Shown: positions 26,026 through 36,627 of the stretch, piece after piece
Numbering within the stretch: position 1 is the first letter of the stretch
Layout of the letters: each line of letters opens with the position of its first letter
Assembly (NCBI GenBank): GCA_965248355.1
Contig: OZ252098.1
Span: forward strand, 3,136,001 to 3,200,000
Direction: 5' to 3'
DNA: 64,000 nucleotides
From: Candidatus Latescibacterota bacterium
GTDB taxonomy: Bacteria > Latescibacterota > UBA2968 > UBA8231
The notes under the pieces: generated by a model
What the model saw: only the letters and a program-made list of their open reading frames with translations
Databases searched by the model: none
What the model was told of the DNA's origin: nothing
Translations under genes and position numbers: made by a program

Positions 26026-28971
26026 ATGGTCTTTCTCGCTGGCTGCCTGTTCTTCCTCTCCGGCGCCGCCGCCCTGGCGTACGAGGTCGTGTGGGTGAAG
26101 CTCCTCACCCTCCAGTTCGGCAGCGCCGCGTGGTCGATCTCGACGGTGGTGGCCAGCTTCATGGCGGGTCTGGGGGCCGGAGGCGCATGGGCCGGCCGCC
26201 GCGCCGACCGCATCCGCAGGCCCCTGCGAGCGTATGCCCTTCTGGAACTGGGCATCGCCCTCTTCGGCGTCGTCTCGGTGCCCCTCCTGCGGAACATGGC
26301 GGGCATCCTCGATCCGCTCTACGGCCTCACCGACGGGTACTTCGCCCTCTACCTGCTGCTGCAGTTCCTCCTCTCCTTCGCCATGATGGCGGTGCCGACC
26401 TTCCTCATGGGCGCCTCCCTGCCCCTGCTCATCGTGGCGGTCACGGAGGAGGCGGCCTTCCGCCGGAGCGTCGCCCTCCTCTACGGAATCAACACCCTCG
26501 GGGCGGCGGTCGGAACCCTCGTGGCGGGACTCGTCCTGCTGCCCGTTCTCGGGATCTCCGACACGGTGTGGGTCGCCGTCGCCGCGGGCGTCCTGGTGGC
26601 CGCCGGGGGGTATCTCCTCGATCTCCGCATGGGCCCCCGGGAGGCGGCGGAGGAGGATCCCGGGCCGGTGGCCGGGGCGGCCGGGACCCCCCGGCTGCTG
26701 CTTGGCGCCGTGGCCATGGCCGGATGCCTGGGGCTGTTCTACCAGATCGCCTGGACGCGCCTGCTCATCCCGGTGGTGGGATCCTCGGTCTACGCCTTCA
26801 CCATCATCCTCACGACGGTCCTCCTCGGCATCGGCGCCGGCTCCCTGCTGGCCGCCGTCCCCTCCTTCCGGGAGAGCTCCTGCTGGCGGGCGGTGGCCGT
26901 CACCCTGGGGGTCGGCTCGTGCTCGGTCCTGGCGGGGCTGTTCGCGGTGAACGAGCTGCCGGCGATGTTCACGGCCATGGCCCAGGGCACGGGCGACCGC
27001 ACCTGGCTCCTCTTGCTCTCCCAAGGCGCCCTGGCGGCCTCCATCGTCCTCGTCCCCGCCTGCGCCATGGGGGCCGCGCTGCCGCTGGGCATCGCCGCGT
27101 GGCGGAACGAGGTGGGATCGAGAGGCTGGGCGGTGGGGGGCATGTACGCCGCCAACACCATCGGAGCCATCGTCGGCTCCGTGCTGGCGGGCTTCGTCCT
27201 GCTGCCGTGGCTCGGAGCGACGGAATTGATCCGCCTCGGAGCCGTCCTGGGCATGGTGGTCACCGTCGTCCTCCTCATGCTGGACCGCGCCAGCTCTCAA
27301 CGACAGCGGCTCGGCTGGGCGGGCCTCTTCGCCGCCATGGTCGCGGCCTTCGCCTTCACCCTGCCCCAGACCGACATAGTGAACCTCCAGCGGGGCGTCT
27401 TCCGCAGGCTCCAGGCCGGCGAGGAGCGCGCGCCGACAGGGAGCTTCCTGCTCTACGCGCGGGAGGGGACCAACGCCACGGTCACCGTCTTCCGCACGCC
27501 CAACTCCACCGTCCTCAAGGTCAACGGCAAGGCGGATGCCTCGACCGGCGGGGACATGGACTCCCAGTACCTGCTCGGGCACCTGCCGATGTTTCTCCAT
27601 CCAGAGCCGCGGGAGATCTGCATCATCGGCTACGGCAGCGGCGCCACGGTGTACGCCACCGCAACGCATCCGAACGTGACGGCCGTCGACGTGGTCGAGA
27701 TCGAGCAGGCGGTGCTCGATGCATCCGAATACTTCGACTCGATCAACCACGACATCCTCGAAGACGACCGGGTGAGACTCTACACGGAGGACGGGCGCAA
27801 CTTCCTCCGCCACCAACGGAAGACGTACGACGTCATCCTCTCCCAGCCTTCCAACCCCTGGATCGCGGGTATCAGTTCCCTCTTCACCTCCGAGTACTAC
27901 CGGGCCGCGTCGGAGCGGCTCAAGGCGGGTGGCCTCTTCTGTCAGTGGATGCAGGCGTACGAGACCTCCGCGGAGACGGTGGGCGTAGTCCTCCACACCC
28001 TGGCATCGGAGTTCCCCTACGTGGCGGTCTTCAAGGTCAACGACGACCTCATCTGCGTCGCTTCCCACTCGCCCATCGAAGGCTCCGCGCGGCGTTACGC
28101 GGAGCGCTTCTCCTTGCCGGCGGTGCGAAGCTCGCTGCGGCGAATCCGGATCGAGACCCCCTCCGACCTCTTTGCCACCGCCTTCCTGCGATTCCCGGAG
28201 AACGCGGACGCCTTCAGCTCGCCGATCACGAACACGGACGACAACCTCTGGCTGGAGTATCGGGCGCCCATCGAGATGTACCGGGGGACGCAAGAGAGCG
28301 TCGTGTCCATTACGGGCACCGATTACCTGCTCATGCTCCAACACCTGTTTCCCGAGCTGGACCTCCGGCAGATCGTCCTCGGAGTCGCCCGGAGCATCAC
28401 AACCAGACACTCTGTTCTGTGGTATGTCATACCGGCTTGGCAGGGGATGTTTGCGGAGGATGAGTCGTTGGCCCAGAGGCTCGCGGAACTCTCCGCCATG
28501 GCCGATTCGAGAAAGCGCGCCCTCGACGGCAACGAGGCACGGGAGAAGGCGGCGCTGCGCCTGATCAAGACGAAGCGCTACGCCGAGGCGATTCCCGTCT
28601 TCGAGGGCGTGCTCGCCATCGAGCCCCGGAAGGTCTCCGCCCATCGCATGCTCGCCTGGGCCCTGTCGAACACCGGCGACAAGAAGAGGGCGTGGCGGCA
28701 CTACGTAATGGCCGTCCAGCTCAATCCCGACGATTTCGAGGCCCTCACGAACATGGGGGCCATGGCCCTGTCGAGCGGTGTGGCCGAGGGGACGGAGATG
28801 CTGGACCGGGCGCTGGAGGCCAACCCGCACCACTTCACCGCCTGGCGGGTCTACGTCGAGTACCTGGTCGACCAGAAGCGGTACGAGCGGGCCCGGGAGC
28901 TGCTGCGCCGGGCCGGGGAGTCGATCGACGGGGACAGGCTGGCGGCCCTCAGGAGCAGGATCCCCGGCTGA
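26026..28971 (+). CDS. Fused membrane/spermidine-synthase-like protein with C-terminal TPRs
   Basis: SGAAALAYEVVW...FGS, two YxxNT.GA.G repeats, IGYGSGAT, VVEIE, EDGRNFL, YDVILSQPSNPW, TPR-like tail. Start could be 26014. Confidence 0.88.
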   Translation: MVFLAGCLFFLSGAAALAYEVVWVKLLTLQFGSAAWSISTVVASFMAGLGAGGAWAGRRADRIRRPLRAYALLELGIALFGVVSVPLLRNMAGILDPLYGLTDGYFALYLLLQFLLSFAMMAVPTFLMGASLPLLIVAVTEEAAFRRSVALLYGINTLGAAVGTLVAGLVLLPVLGISDTVWVAVAAGVLVAAGGYLLDLRMGPREAAEEDPGPVAGAAGTPRLLLGAVAMAGCLGLFYQIAWTRLLIPVVGSSVYAFTIILTTVLLGIGAGSLLAAVPSFRESSCWRAVAVTLGVGSCSVLAGLFAVNELPAMFTAMAQGTGDRTWLLLLSQGALAASIVLVPACAMGAALPLGIAAWRNEVGSRGWAVGGMYAANTIGAIVGSVLAGFVLLPWLGATELIRLGAVLGMVVTVVLLMLDRASSQRQRLGWAGLFAAMVAAFAFTLPQTDIVNLQRGVFRRLQAGEERAPTGSFLLYAREGTNATVTVFRTPNSTVLKVNGKADASTGGDMDSQYLLGHLPMFLHPEPREICIIGYGSGATVYATATHPNVTAVDVVEIEQAVLDASEYFDSINHDILEDDRVRLYTEDGRNFLRHQRKTYDVILSQPSNPWIAGISSLFTSEYYRAASERLKAGGLFCQWMQAYETSAETVGVVLHTLASEFPYVAVFKVNDDLICVASHSPIEGSARRYAERFSLPAVRSSLRRIRIETPSDLFATAFLRFPENADAFSSPITNTDDNLWLEYRAPIEMYRGTQESVVSITGTDYLLMLQHLFPELDLRQIVLGVARSITTRHSVLWYVIPAWQGMFAEDESLAQRLAELSAMADSRKRALDGNEAREKAALRLIKTKRYAEAIPVFEGVLAIEPRKVSAHRMLAWALSNTGDKKRAWRHYVMAVQLNPDDFEALTNMGAMALSSGVAEGTEMLDRALEANPHHFTAWRVYVEYLVDQKRYERARELLRRAGESIDGDRLAALRSRIPG

Positions 28972-28989
28972 GGCCCCGCTTCGGTTGGT

Positions 28990-30159
28990 TCAGTTGTCCT
29001 CCACCGAGCCGTCCTCGTAGCGCAGCTCCGGACGCAGCATCGGCACGTAGGGGTGGGCGCGGGCCACCTCCTCGTTCAGCTCGAGTCCGAGGCCGGGGGT
29101 GTCGGGCAGCGTCACGAAGCCCTCCTCCACCTGGAACCTGTGCCCGAAGAACAGGTCGTCCCGCCAGTCGGTCTTCTCTCGGGAGGGATCGGCCTCGTAG
29201 CCCGCCATCTCCTGGATGACGCTGTTCGGGCAGTTCAGGCCCATGTGGATCTCGGCGGTGACTCCGACCCTGCTGTAGGTGATGTGGGGGGAGACCTGGA
29301 TGTACTGGGCCTCGGCCATGGCGGCGATCTTCTTGAACTCCGAGATGCCGCCGCAGTGGACGATGTCGGGGTTGAGGTAGCTCACCAGGCGTCTGGCGAT
29401 GATGTCCTGGAAGCCCCACTTGGTGAAGTTGCGCTCGCCCATGCACAGGGGCACGGTGGTGCGCTGGCTCAGCCATTCGAGGGCGTCGTTCGACCCCTCC
29501 ACCTGCATCGGTTCCTCGACCCAGAACGGGCGGTACGGCTCGATCGCCTTGCAGTACTCCAGGGCCATGGCCGGCGTCAAGCGGCCGTGGGCGTCGATGA
29601 GGATGTCGAAGTCCTCGCCCCCTTCGACCCGCATCTCCTCGACCAGGGCGACGGCCCGCTTCAGGTCCCAGGGCATGGGCACGGTGAGCGGGTCGCCGGC
29701 CCTGGTGACGGGCGGCCCCGTCTTGACGGCGTTGCACCCCATGCCGCGGGCGCGCTGCACCCCCGCCTTGCCGCCGCCGCCGGCGTAGATGCGGACCTTC
29801 TCCCGCGCGGCGCCCCCGAGGAGCTTGTAGATCGGCAGGCCCGCCACCTTGCCGAGGATGTCCCACAGGGCGATGTCGATGGCGCTCAGCGCGGTGCTGA
29901 AGAGGACCCCCACGTGCCAGCGGTTCCAGCGGTAGAGCCCCTGCCAGAGAAACTCGATGTCCGTGGGGTCCTTGCCGATGAGGTGGCCCTCGAGGTCGCG
30001 GATGCACTGGGCGATGGTGCCGGCCTTGTTGTCGCTGATCGAGCCTTCGCCAAGGCCGGTGATCCCCTCGTTGGTGTGGATCTTCACGAAGCAGCAGTTG
30101 CCTTCCACGAGGAAGGTCTCCACCGCCGTGATCCTTAGGCCCGGATACTTCGCGCTCAT
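28990..30159 (-). CDS. Mandelate racemase family, galactonate-dehydratase-like
   Basis: GITGLGE, SAIDIALWDILGK..GLPIYKLLGG, IDAHGR, VEEP, MGER, PGLGLEL. Confidence 0.92.
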   Translation of the reverse strand: MSAKYPGLRITAVETFLVEGNCCFVKIHTNEGITGLGEGSISDNKAGTIAQCIRDLEGHLIGKDPTDIEFLWQGLYRWNRWHVGVLFSTALSAIDIALWDILGKVAGLPIYKLLGGAAREKVRIYAGGGGKAGVQRARGMGCNAVKTGPPVTRAGDPLTVPMPWDLKRAVALVEEMRVEGGEDFDILIDAHGRLTPAMALEYCKAIEPYRPFWVEEPMQVEGSNDALEWLSQRTTVPLCMGERNFTKWGFQDIIARRLVSYLNPDIVHCGGISEFKKIAAMAEAQYIQVSPHITYSRVGVTAEIHMGLNCPNSVIQEMAGYEADPSREKTDWRDDLFFGHRFQVEEGFVTLPDTPGLGLELNEEVARAHPYVPMLRPELRYEDGSVEDN

Positions 30160-31226
30160 GTCACCCTCTCCTCCCGCCCCGACAGGGACGAACGGTACGC
30201 CGCGTCGAGGACCTCGACGCCGCGCATGGCCGCCTCCCCCGGAGCGTGGTTGACGTCGGTCCGGCCGGAGACGAGATCCACGAAGTTGGCCGGCGGCCCG
30301 GAGCACTCGTAGGCGCCTTCGCCGGGATCGAGGTCGAGGGACTCCCCCTCGCCGTCCTGGCGCGCCAGCTCCATGCGGGCGCGCTCGCAGTCGAGGAGCA
30401 GCATGCCCTCGTCGCCGAAGATGCGCAGGTCGACCTGGAAGCCGTGACCCGGGGGCACGTTGCCGGCCCCGGAGAGGCTGCCCACGGCCCCTCCCTCGAA
30501 GCGCACGGTCATGGCGTCGTAGAGCTCGACCTCGGCGCCGGGCCCGGACATGACCGCGAAGACCGAGGCCGCCCGCAGGCCGGTGAGCCAGAACAGCAGG
30601 CCCGAGGAGTGCGAGATCTGGGCGTGGCCGTAACCTCCCTCGGCGCGCGCCGGGTCGGCCCAGGTCGACGGGTCCGGGCCGAAGAGGCCGGACTCGGACC
30701 CGCCGCTCTCCTCGTCCAGGTCGGCCTTCTCGCCGGAGAGGAGCTGGCGGATGGGCGAGGCCATGTGGCAGAGGACGTACTCCACGGTGCCAACCCCGCC
30801 GCCATCCATCAGCTCCCGGGCCCGCTGCACGAAGGGCTTGTAGTGCCACCCGTAGGGGACCAGCAGGTGGAGGCCCTTCTCCCGGGCGCGCTCGACGAGC
30901 TGGCGGGCGTGGGCGGCGCGGGTCGTCATCGGCTTCTCGCACATCACGTGCAGGCCGGCGTCGAGGGCGGCCAAGGCGTGCTCGTGGTGCAAGGTGTGGG
31001 GAGAGGCCACGATCACCCCGTCCAGCTCGCAGTTGGCGAGCAGGTCGCGGTAGTCCTCGGTGGCGTAGGCGAAGCCGAAACGCTCCTGCACCTGCCCCAG
31101 CTCACGGGCCCCGAGGCGGCAGACGCCGGCCAACTCCACGTCGTCCCGGGCCGCCAGGATCGGCATGTGGTTGCTTGTGGCCCACCAGCCGGCGCCGATG
31201 AAGCCGAGTCTCACTTTCTCCGTCAT
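30156..31226 (-). CDS. Gfo/Idh/MocA family oxidoreductase
   Basis: LGFIGAGWWA, SPHTLH, HVMCEKPM. Confidence 0.92.
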   Translation of the reverse strand: MTEKVRLGFIGAGWWATSNHMPILAARDDVELAGVCRLGARELGQVQERFGFAYATEDYRDLLANCELDGVIVASPHTLHHEHALAALDAGLHVMCEKPMTTRAAHARQLVERAREKGLHLLVPYGWHYKPFVQRARELMDGGGVGTVEYVLCHMASPIRQLLSGEKADLDEESGGSESGLFGPDPSTWADPARAEGGYGHAQISHSSGLLFWLTGLRAASVFAVMSGPGAEVELYDAMTVRFEGGAVGSLSGAGNVPPGHGFQVDLRIFGDEGMLLLDCERARMELARQDGEGESLDLDPGEGAYECSGPPANFVDLVSGRTDVNHAPGEAAMRGVEVLDAAYRSSLSGREERVT

Positions 31227-31390
31227 GGGTCCCTCCTGTTCGGGCCAGGCGACAATCTATCCCGCACCGGGACCCGGTCCAGTCGGGAGGCCCGGCCCTT
31301 GCCTGTGCTGGGTGGGGAGGACAGCTTTGGCCGCGCCCGTCGTCGCGGAGCCGTCCCCAACTGCAGAGTCGTCGAGAAGGAGGTATCCCC

Positions 31391-32896
31391 GTGAAGGCCA
31401 CGGTCAAGCTGGACATCGATCGCCGTGCCGGCGAGATCGACCGCCGCATCTTCGGCGGATTCCTGGAGCATCTCGGGCGCGCGGTCTACGGCGGCGTCTA
31501 CGACCCCGACAGCCCCCTGAGCGACGCCGACGGGTTCCGCACCGACGTGGCCGAGTCGCTGCGGGCGCTGGACATGCCGTGCGTCCGCTATCCGGGCGGC
31601 AACTTCGTGAGCAACTACGACTGGCGCGACGGCGTGGGGCCGCGGGAGGGGCGCCCCTCGCGGCCCGACTTCGCCTGGAAGAGCATCGAGCCGAACACCT
31701 TCGGCGTCGACGAGTTCGTGCGCTGGTGCCGGCGGATCGGCACCGAGCCGATGATGGCCGTCAACCTCGGGACCCTGGGACCCCGCGAGGCCGCCGACTT
31801 GGTGGAGTACTGCAACCTGGAAGGCGGCACCCACTGGTCCGACGCGAGGCGGGCCAACGGCAGCGCCGATCCGCACGCGGTGAGACTCTGGTGCCTGGGC
31901 AACGAGATGGACGGTCCCTGGCAGGCGGGGCACTGCCCGGCGCCCGAGTACGCCCGCAAGGCGCGCCAGACGGCCCGGCTCATGCGCGGGATCGACCCCT
32001 CCGTCGAGCTGGTCCTGTGCGGCTCCTCGGGGCGCGGCATGGCGACCTACCTGGAGTGGGACCGCACCGTTCTCGAGCACTGTTGGGACGAGGTGGAGTA
32101 CATCTCCGCCCACCGCTACAGCGGCAACCACGAGGACGACACGGCGTGGTTCCTGGCCGAGGGCGTGGAGATCGACCGCATCCTGGACGACTACGCCGGG
32201 CTGCTGGCCTACGTGCGCGGCCTGAAGAAGAGCGACAAGCGCGTTTTCGTCGCCTTCGACGAGTGGAACGTCTGGTACAAGAACCACCAGAGCGACGGCG
32301 GCTGGACCGTGGGGCCGAGCCTGCTGGAGGAGGTCTACAACCTCGAGGACGCCCTGGTCTGCGCCCAGTACCTCAACAGCTTCATCCGCCACGCCGACGT
32401 CGTCCGGATCGCCTGCCTCGCCCAGATCGTCAACGTCATCGCGCCCGTGCTGACGAGGCCCGACGGGATCCTCGTGCAGAGCATCTACCATCCACTGCAG
32501 TTGTTCTCCCGCCACGCGAAGGGCGTCTCCCTGGCGCCCGTCGTCGACGGGCCCACCTACGAGGCCGGAGCCCGGGGCGAGGTCCCCGTCCTGGACGTCT
32601 CGGCCAGCCACGATGAGGAGACCGGCGCCGTCAGCCTCTTCCTGGTGAACCGGGGGATCTCGCAGGACCTGGAGGTGGAGGTCTCCTTCGGAGAGCGCGC
32701 GGCGGGGGGTTCTGTGGAGGTGGACGTGCTCGGCGGCGACGACCCGAAGGCGCACAACTCCTGGGAGAGGCCGGAGGCGGTCACGCCCGTGCGGGGCAGC
32801 GCCGCCCGGGGCGATGACGGGAAGCTGCGGGTGCGGGCGCCGGCCCTCGGATTCACGGTGGTCCGTGCGCAACTGGAGCGGCCCGGGGTCTCCTGA
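31391..32896 (+). CDS. GH51 alpha-L-arabinofuranosidase
   Basis: FLEHLGRAVYGG, RYPGGNF, CLGNEMDGPWQ, AFDEWNVW, LAQIVNVI. AGGAGG SD. Confidence 0.93.
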   Translation: MKATVKLDIDRRAGEIDRRIFGGFLEHLGRAVYGGVYDPDSPLSDADGFRTDVAESLRALDMPCVRYPGGNFVSNYDWRDGVGPREGRPSRPDFAWKSIEPNTFGVDEFVRWCRRIGTEPMMAVNLGTLGPREAADLVEYCNLEGGTHWSDARRANGSADPHAVRLWCLGNEMDGPWQAGHCPAPEYARKARQTARLMRGIDPSVELVLCGSSGRGMATYLEWDRTVLEHCWDEVEYISAHRYSGNHEDDTAWFLAEGVEIDRILDDYAGLLAYVRGLKKSDKRVFVAFDEWNVWYKNHQSDGGWTVGPSLLEEVYNLEDALVCAQYLNSFIRHADVVRIACLAQIVNVIAPVLTRPDGILVQSIYHPLQLFSRHAKGVSLAPVVDGPTYEAGARGEVPVLDVSASHDEETGAVSLFLVNRGISQDLEVEVSFGERAAGGSVEVDVLGGDDPKAHNSWERPEAVTPVRGSAARGDDGKLRVRAPALGFTVVRAQLERPGVS

Positions 32897-32992
32897 CAGG
32901 CGGCACAAGCCGCCCGCGGGACCCGCCGGCCGGTGAACGGCTCGGCAACCGGCTTGGCCGGCACGATGCGGTCGCGGGTCCGGGGCTCTCCG

Positions 32993-35068
32993 TCATCGAT
33001 CGGGGGCGAGCGCTCCCCAAAGAAACCGAAAGGCCAGCGTCCACATGTAGGCCCGCTGGGCGTTGTCCGCCGCCCCCGCGTGCCCGCCTTCCACGTTCTC
33101 GTAGTAAAGGACGTCGTGGCCCATGTCCCGCATCTTCGCAACCATCTTCCGGGCATGTCCCGGGTGAACGCGATCGTCCCGGGTGGACGTCGTGACGAGG
33201 AGCCTGGGGTAGTTCGCGTCCTTGGAGACGTTGTGGTAGGGCGAGAAACCCTCGATGAACGCCCACTCGTCGGGATCGTCGGGATCGCCGTATTCCGCCA
33301 TCCAACTCGCCCCGGCCAGCAGTTCGTGGTAGCGGCGCATGTCGAACAACGGTACCTGCGCGACGATGGCGCCGAACAGGTCGGGACGCAGGGTGAGCAT
33401 ATTGCCCATCAAGAGCCCGCCGTTGCTGCCGCCCATGGCGCCGAGTTGTTCCGGCGTGGTGACGCCTCGGCGAATCAGGTCCTCGGCCACGGCGATGAAG
33501 TCCTCGTAGGCGCGCGGACGATCCGCCTTGAGGGCGGCCTGGTGCCAGTCGGGTCCGAACTCGGCGCCGCCTCGAATGTTCGCCACTACGTAGACTCCGC
33601 CGCGCTCCAGCCACGCCGCGCCAATCCCCCCCGAATACCCGGGAACCAGGGGAATCCGGAAGCCGCCGTAGCCGTAGAGCAGTGTCGGGCGCGGTTCGCT
33701 CGTGTCGTCTCGCGAGACCTGGAAATAGGGAATCCGGGTCCCGTCGGCGGACGCGGTCCAATGCTGCGCGACGAACAAGCCGTCCGCGTCGAACTTGCCC
33801 GGTGCGCGCTTCAGCACAACGGGGTCCTCACCCACCGACGCAAGCGACAGCTTGGACGGGGTCAGGTAGTCGGTGGTGGTGAGGAAGAAACGGTCGTCCC
33901 CGTCGGGGTCTACGGCGTCGGCGTCGAGGGTCTGGAACCCGGCGGGATCGACGCCCTGAAGCGGGGCGGTGGTCCAGCCTTCGGGGCCGGGTGTCGCGAC
34001 TTCGATGCGGTTGCGCACGTTGTCCAGAATGTTGATGAGAACGTGGTTGCGGGTCAGCGAATAACCGGCGAACGCGGTACCTTCAGCCGGTTCGAACAGG
34101 ACTGCGAAGCCGCGTCCGCCGGCAAGGAAGCGATCCAACTCGAGGGCGATCAGGCTCCCCGTCGCAAACGTGGACGCTCCGGTAGCCCAGTCGCTGCGCG
34201 TCGTCACGTAGAGCCAGCCGCGGTGCACCGCGTAACCCGCGTCGGAAGGGATCTCAAGCGGTATGAGTTCCTCGCCGCGGCGGATGAAGCGATCGCTGTT
34301 GTAGAAGTCGCGTCCCCGATACACGAGCTGCATCTCGAAACCCGGGGACAGTTCGGCGTAGGCGCCCACCGAGACATCCGACGATTCGCCTTCGAAGACG
34401 GTGGTGGCTTCCTCGAGGGGCTGACCGCGCTGCCACAGTTTGACGATCCGAGGATAGCCGGATTCGGTCATCGTGCCGGCACCGAAATCCGTCGCCACGA
34501 AGATCTCGTCGGGGCCGGCCCAAGCGACGGTTCCCTTGGACTCGGGGAGCGAGAAGCCGTCGTCCACGAAGGCCTTGGCGACAAGGTCGAACTCCCGGAC
34601 AACGACGGCGTCGGCGCCGCCCCGGGACAAACGCAGCAGGCAGCGGTCGTAGGTCGGAACCAGGATGGGAGCACCCGCGTACACCCAGTTCTCACCCTCG
34701 TCGCGTCCCAGGGCATCGATGTCGAGCACGACCTCCCAGGCAGGGTTCGGCTTCCTGTACTCCTCGAGCGTCGTACGCCGCCACAGCCCACGGGGGTTGG
34801 CCTCATCCTGCCAAAGGTTGTAGTACCAGTCGCCGGCCTTGTAGACGTAGGGGATGCGATCGTCGGCATCGAAGATCCCCACGAGACGCCGCTGTAGCGA
34901 ATCGAAGGCCGGGTCTTCGGCAAACGCGTCCCGAATCGCATTGTTTCGTTCCCCGACCCACGCCAGCGCCTCGTCGCCACCGACATCCTCCAGCCAGAGA
35001 TAGGGATCCTCGTCAGTCGAACAGCCCAACAACGCCACGGCCACTCCTATGCTCGCTGGTAGTTTCAT
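32993..35068 (-). CDS. Prolyl oligopeptidase (S9A), probable lipoprotein
   Basis: DPYLWLE, LYGYGGF, NIRGG.EFG, GGSNGGLL, DDRVHP, EGGH. LLGC lipobox. Confidence 0.93.
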   Translation of the reverse strand: MKLPASIGVAVALLGCSTDEDPYLWLEDVGGDEALAWVGERNNAIRDAFAEDPAFDSLQRRLVGIFDADDRIPYVYKAGDWYYNLWQDEANPRGLWRRTTLEEYRKPNPAWEVVLDIDALGRDEGENWVYAGAPILVPTYDRCLLRLSRGGADAVVVREFDLVAKAFVDDGFSLPESKGTVAWAGPDEIFVATDFGAGTMTESGYPRIVKLWQRGQPLEEATTVFEGESSDVSVGAYAELSPGFEMQLVYRGRDFYNSDRFIRRGEELIPLEIPSDAGYAVHRGWLYVTTRSDWATGASTFATGSLIALELDRFLAGGRGFAVLFEPAEGTAFAGYSLTRNHVLINILDNVRNRIEVATPGPEGWTTAPLQGVDPAGFQTLDADAVDPDGDDRFFLTTTDYLTPSKLSLASVGEDPVVLKRAPGKFDADGLFVAQHWTASADGTRIPYFQVSRDDTSEPRPTLLYGYGGFRIPLVPGYSGGIGAAWLERGGVYVVANIRGGAEFGPDWHQAALKADRPRAYEDFIAVAEDLIRRGVTTPEQLGAMGGSNGGLLMGNMLTLRPDLFGAIVAQVPLFDMRRYHELLAGASWMAEYGDPDDPDEWAFIEGFSPYHNVSKDANYPRLLVTTSTRDDRVHPGHARKMVAKMRDMGHDVLYYENVEGGHAGAADNAQRAYMWTLAFRFLWGALAPDR

Positions 35069-35495
35069 TAGGAAGAATGAGGCACCTTTCTGGACTCTCG
35101 GTCAAGGCGCTGAGCGCACCGTTAGGGTCAGGCAGCTCCCTGAGGATCGGTTGCCAGTCCTTCGACCGAGATCGCAGTACAGTTTGGTTGCCTGTCGGCC
35201 CGTATCCGGATCAATCGGGGGCCTGAGGGACCGTTGAGGGCACACCCCGCCGTACGCCCGGCGACGGCGACGGGTCGAGAAGGCAGGTTCAGGCGGCGAA
35301 CTCGAACAGTGGCTCAGGCGGGGCCCTCGGCGGGGGCATCTCCGGCAGCCCTACCCTCTCCAGATAGGTCCGGATCGAGGCCGGATCGGTCAGGGCGGCG
35401 ATGATTCTCAGGTCGGAGGAAAACACCCGCGCCAGCAGGGTCGCCCACCGCAGCCGATGGCCGCAGGAGGCAGCGCTCGCATCGCCGTCTGCCGC
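35069..35495 (-). mobile_element. IS91/ISCR-like relic: transposase 3' end (about 35495..35289) plus oriIS-like end
   Basis: WATLLARVF..DL/RIIAALTDP..IR..L..VGLP..PPPRAPP, with the usual CxxC missing. Ends ...CATTCTTCCTA on the minus strand. Confidence 0.7.
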
Positions 35496-35664
35496 CGACA
35501 ACTGGCGCGGATACAGCGATGCTCTCGGCCTGTACGTATGCTGGGAGGACGGCTTCCTCAAGTTCTACAATCCCGAGACAGAGGACTATTTACGTAGCCA
35601 CCAAGAGGCCGAAGAACGTGTCGCCGAACTGGAGGCGGAACTTCGACGGCTGCGTGGGGAGTAG
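35496..35664 (+). pseudogene. C-terminal fragment of a Uma2-family endonuclease
   Basis: RGYSDALGLYVCWEDG.LKFYNPET..YL...EAEERVAELEAELRRLRGE. No N-terminus. Confidence 0.65.
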
Positions 35665-36096
35665 AGACTCCAGCTTCAGTTTGGATGCAGGCCCCTATAC
35701 GTGTCGGCTCGACAGCCGGACAGGGTCAGCGGGCCGCAGAAAACCTCCAGGGCCTTATGCAACAAGATGGGGACAGGTGTTGCGTCCTCTGAACCTCGAT
35801 CATCTGCCATCCTCTGTGGAGTTGGCGTCGGGCTAGAAATGGGCGACCGCCCCGAGTCCTTCAGACAACGGGGAGGAGAGGGAGACGCCGCACCAAGCCC
35901 AATAAGAGTCCAAAGAAGAAGCCCACCTTGCCTCTGGATGCAGGAAAGAACCACGCGCCAAGTTCTGACACCTGGCCGCCATGAGGATATTGCCAAGTCC
36001 AGACGTACTCATAGATCGGCATTCTTCATTCCCTTCGCGGGACGAATCCCGGGTGTTGTCTGTATTCTAGGTTCGGGCAGAGACACGGTCAACTCG

Positions 36097-36315
36097 TCAT
36101 CGCTGCGCGCTGAATACGACCCCAAACGCAACGCCGATTGAAATGCCGATTGAAATGCCCATTGCAATGCCCACGCCGATGTTATCAAGGGCGACTCCGA
36201 TGACCGTGCCTATGATCACACCGATGGCCGTGCCTACTCCCGCGCCTATTGCAATCCATGTGCCCGGTTCGGGTTTTTTCGACTGCCCCTGATCGTCCTG
36301 GCTGTCCGTGCTCAT
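36097..36315 (-). CDS. 72-aa glycine-zipper membrane protein
   Basis: GGAGGA SD and repeated GxxxG (GAGVGTAIGVIIGTVIG...GIAMGISIGISIG). Confidence 0.75.
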   Translation of the reverse strand: MSTDSQDDQGQSKKPEPGTWIAIGAGVGTAIGVIIGTVIGVALDNIGVGIAMGISIGISIGVAFGVVFSAQR

Positions 36316-36353
36316 CTATCCTCCCTTTACAAGTGAATCGCCGTCTGCTGAGC

Positions 36354-36627
36354 CTACGGCTCTCTCATCTCGATTACCCCTGCGGAGCCGAGCGCGTCCG
36401 GATCGTCATCGTCGGGCCCCGTGGGGCCGCCACGCCTTGCCTTGCCGCTCCAGTCCTCGATCTGCACTTCGACCAGCGTGGTTATACCGAGGTCGGCCGA
36501 CGGAGGAACGTTGTAGTCGTGGCCCAGGGTACGTCCGGGGAAGTATCGCTGCACCATGTCGTCGAAGATCTCCGACTTCTCAGACTCGTCAGTCACCTCT
36601 CTCGCTGTCCTGAACATCACTGAAGTA
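36354..36627 (-). pseudogene. 3' fragment of a pyridoxamine-5'-phosphate-oxidase-like flavin-binding protein
   Basis: YTSVM...AREVTD..EK...PGR...SGKARRGGP..D. The 5' end is replaced by an oriIS-like sequence. Confidence 0.6.

Noticed and set aside
32897..32965. GC-rich hairpins between convergent genes as an ncRNA or REP element
   Set aside because: Single occurrence, no U-tract, and such stems are expected by chance at this GC content.
35754..35771. CTTATGCAACAAGATGGG resembling the IS1380 terminal repeat
   Set aside because: A single short match with no partner end or transposase. Possibly a relic, but not supportable.
35676..35996. 106-aa minus-strand ORF
   Set aside because: No recognisable motif or convincing start, and it lies among gene debris.
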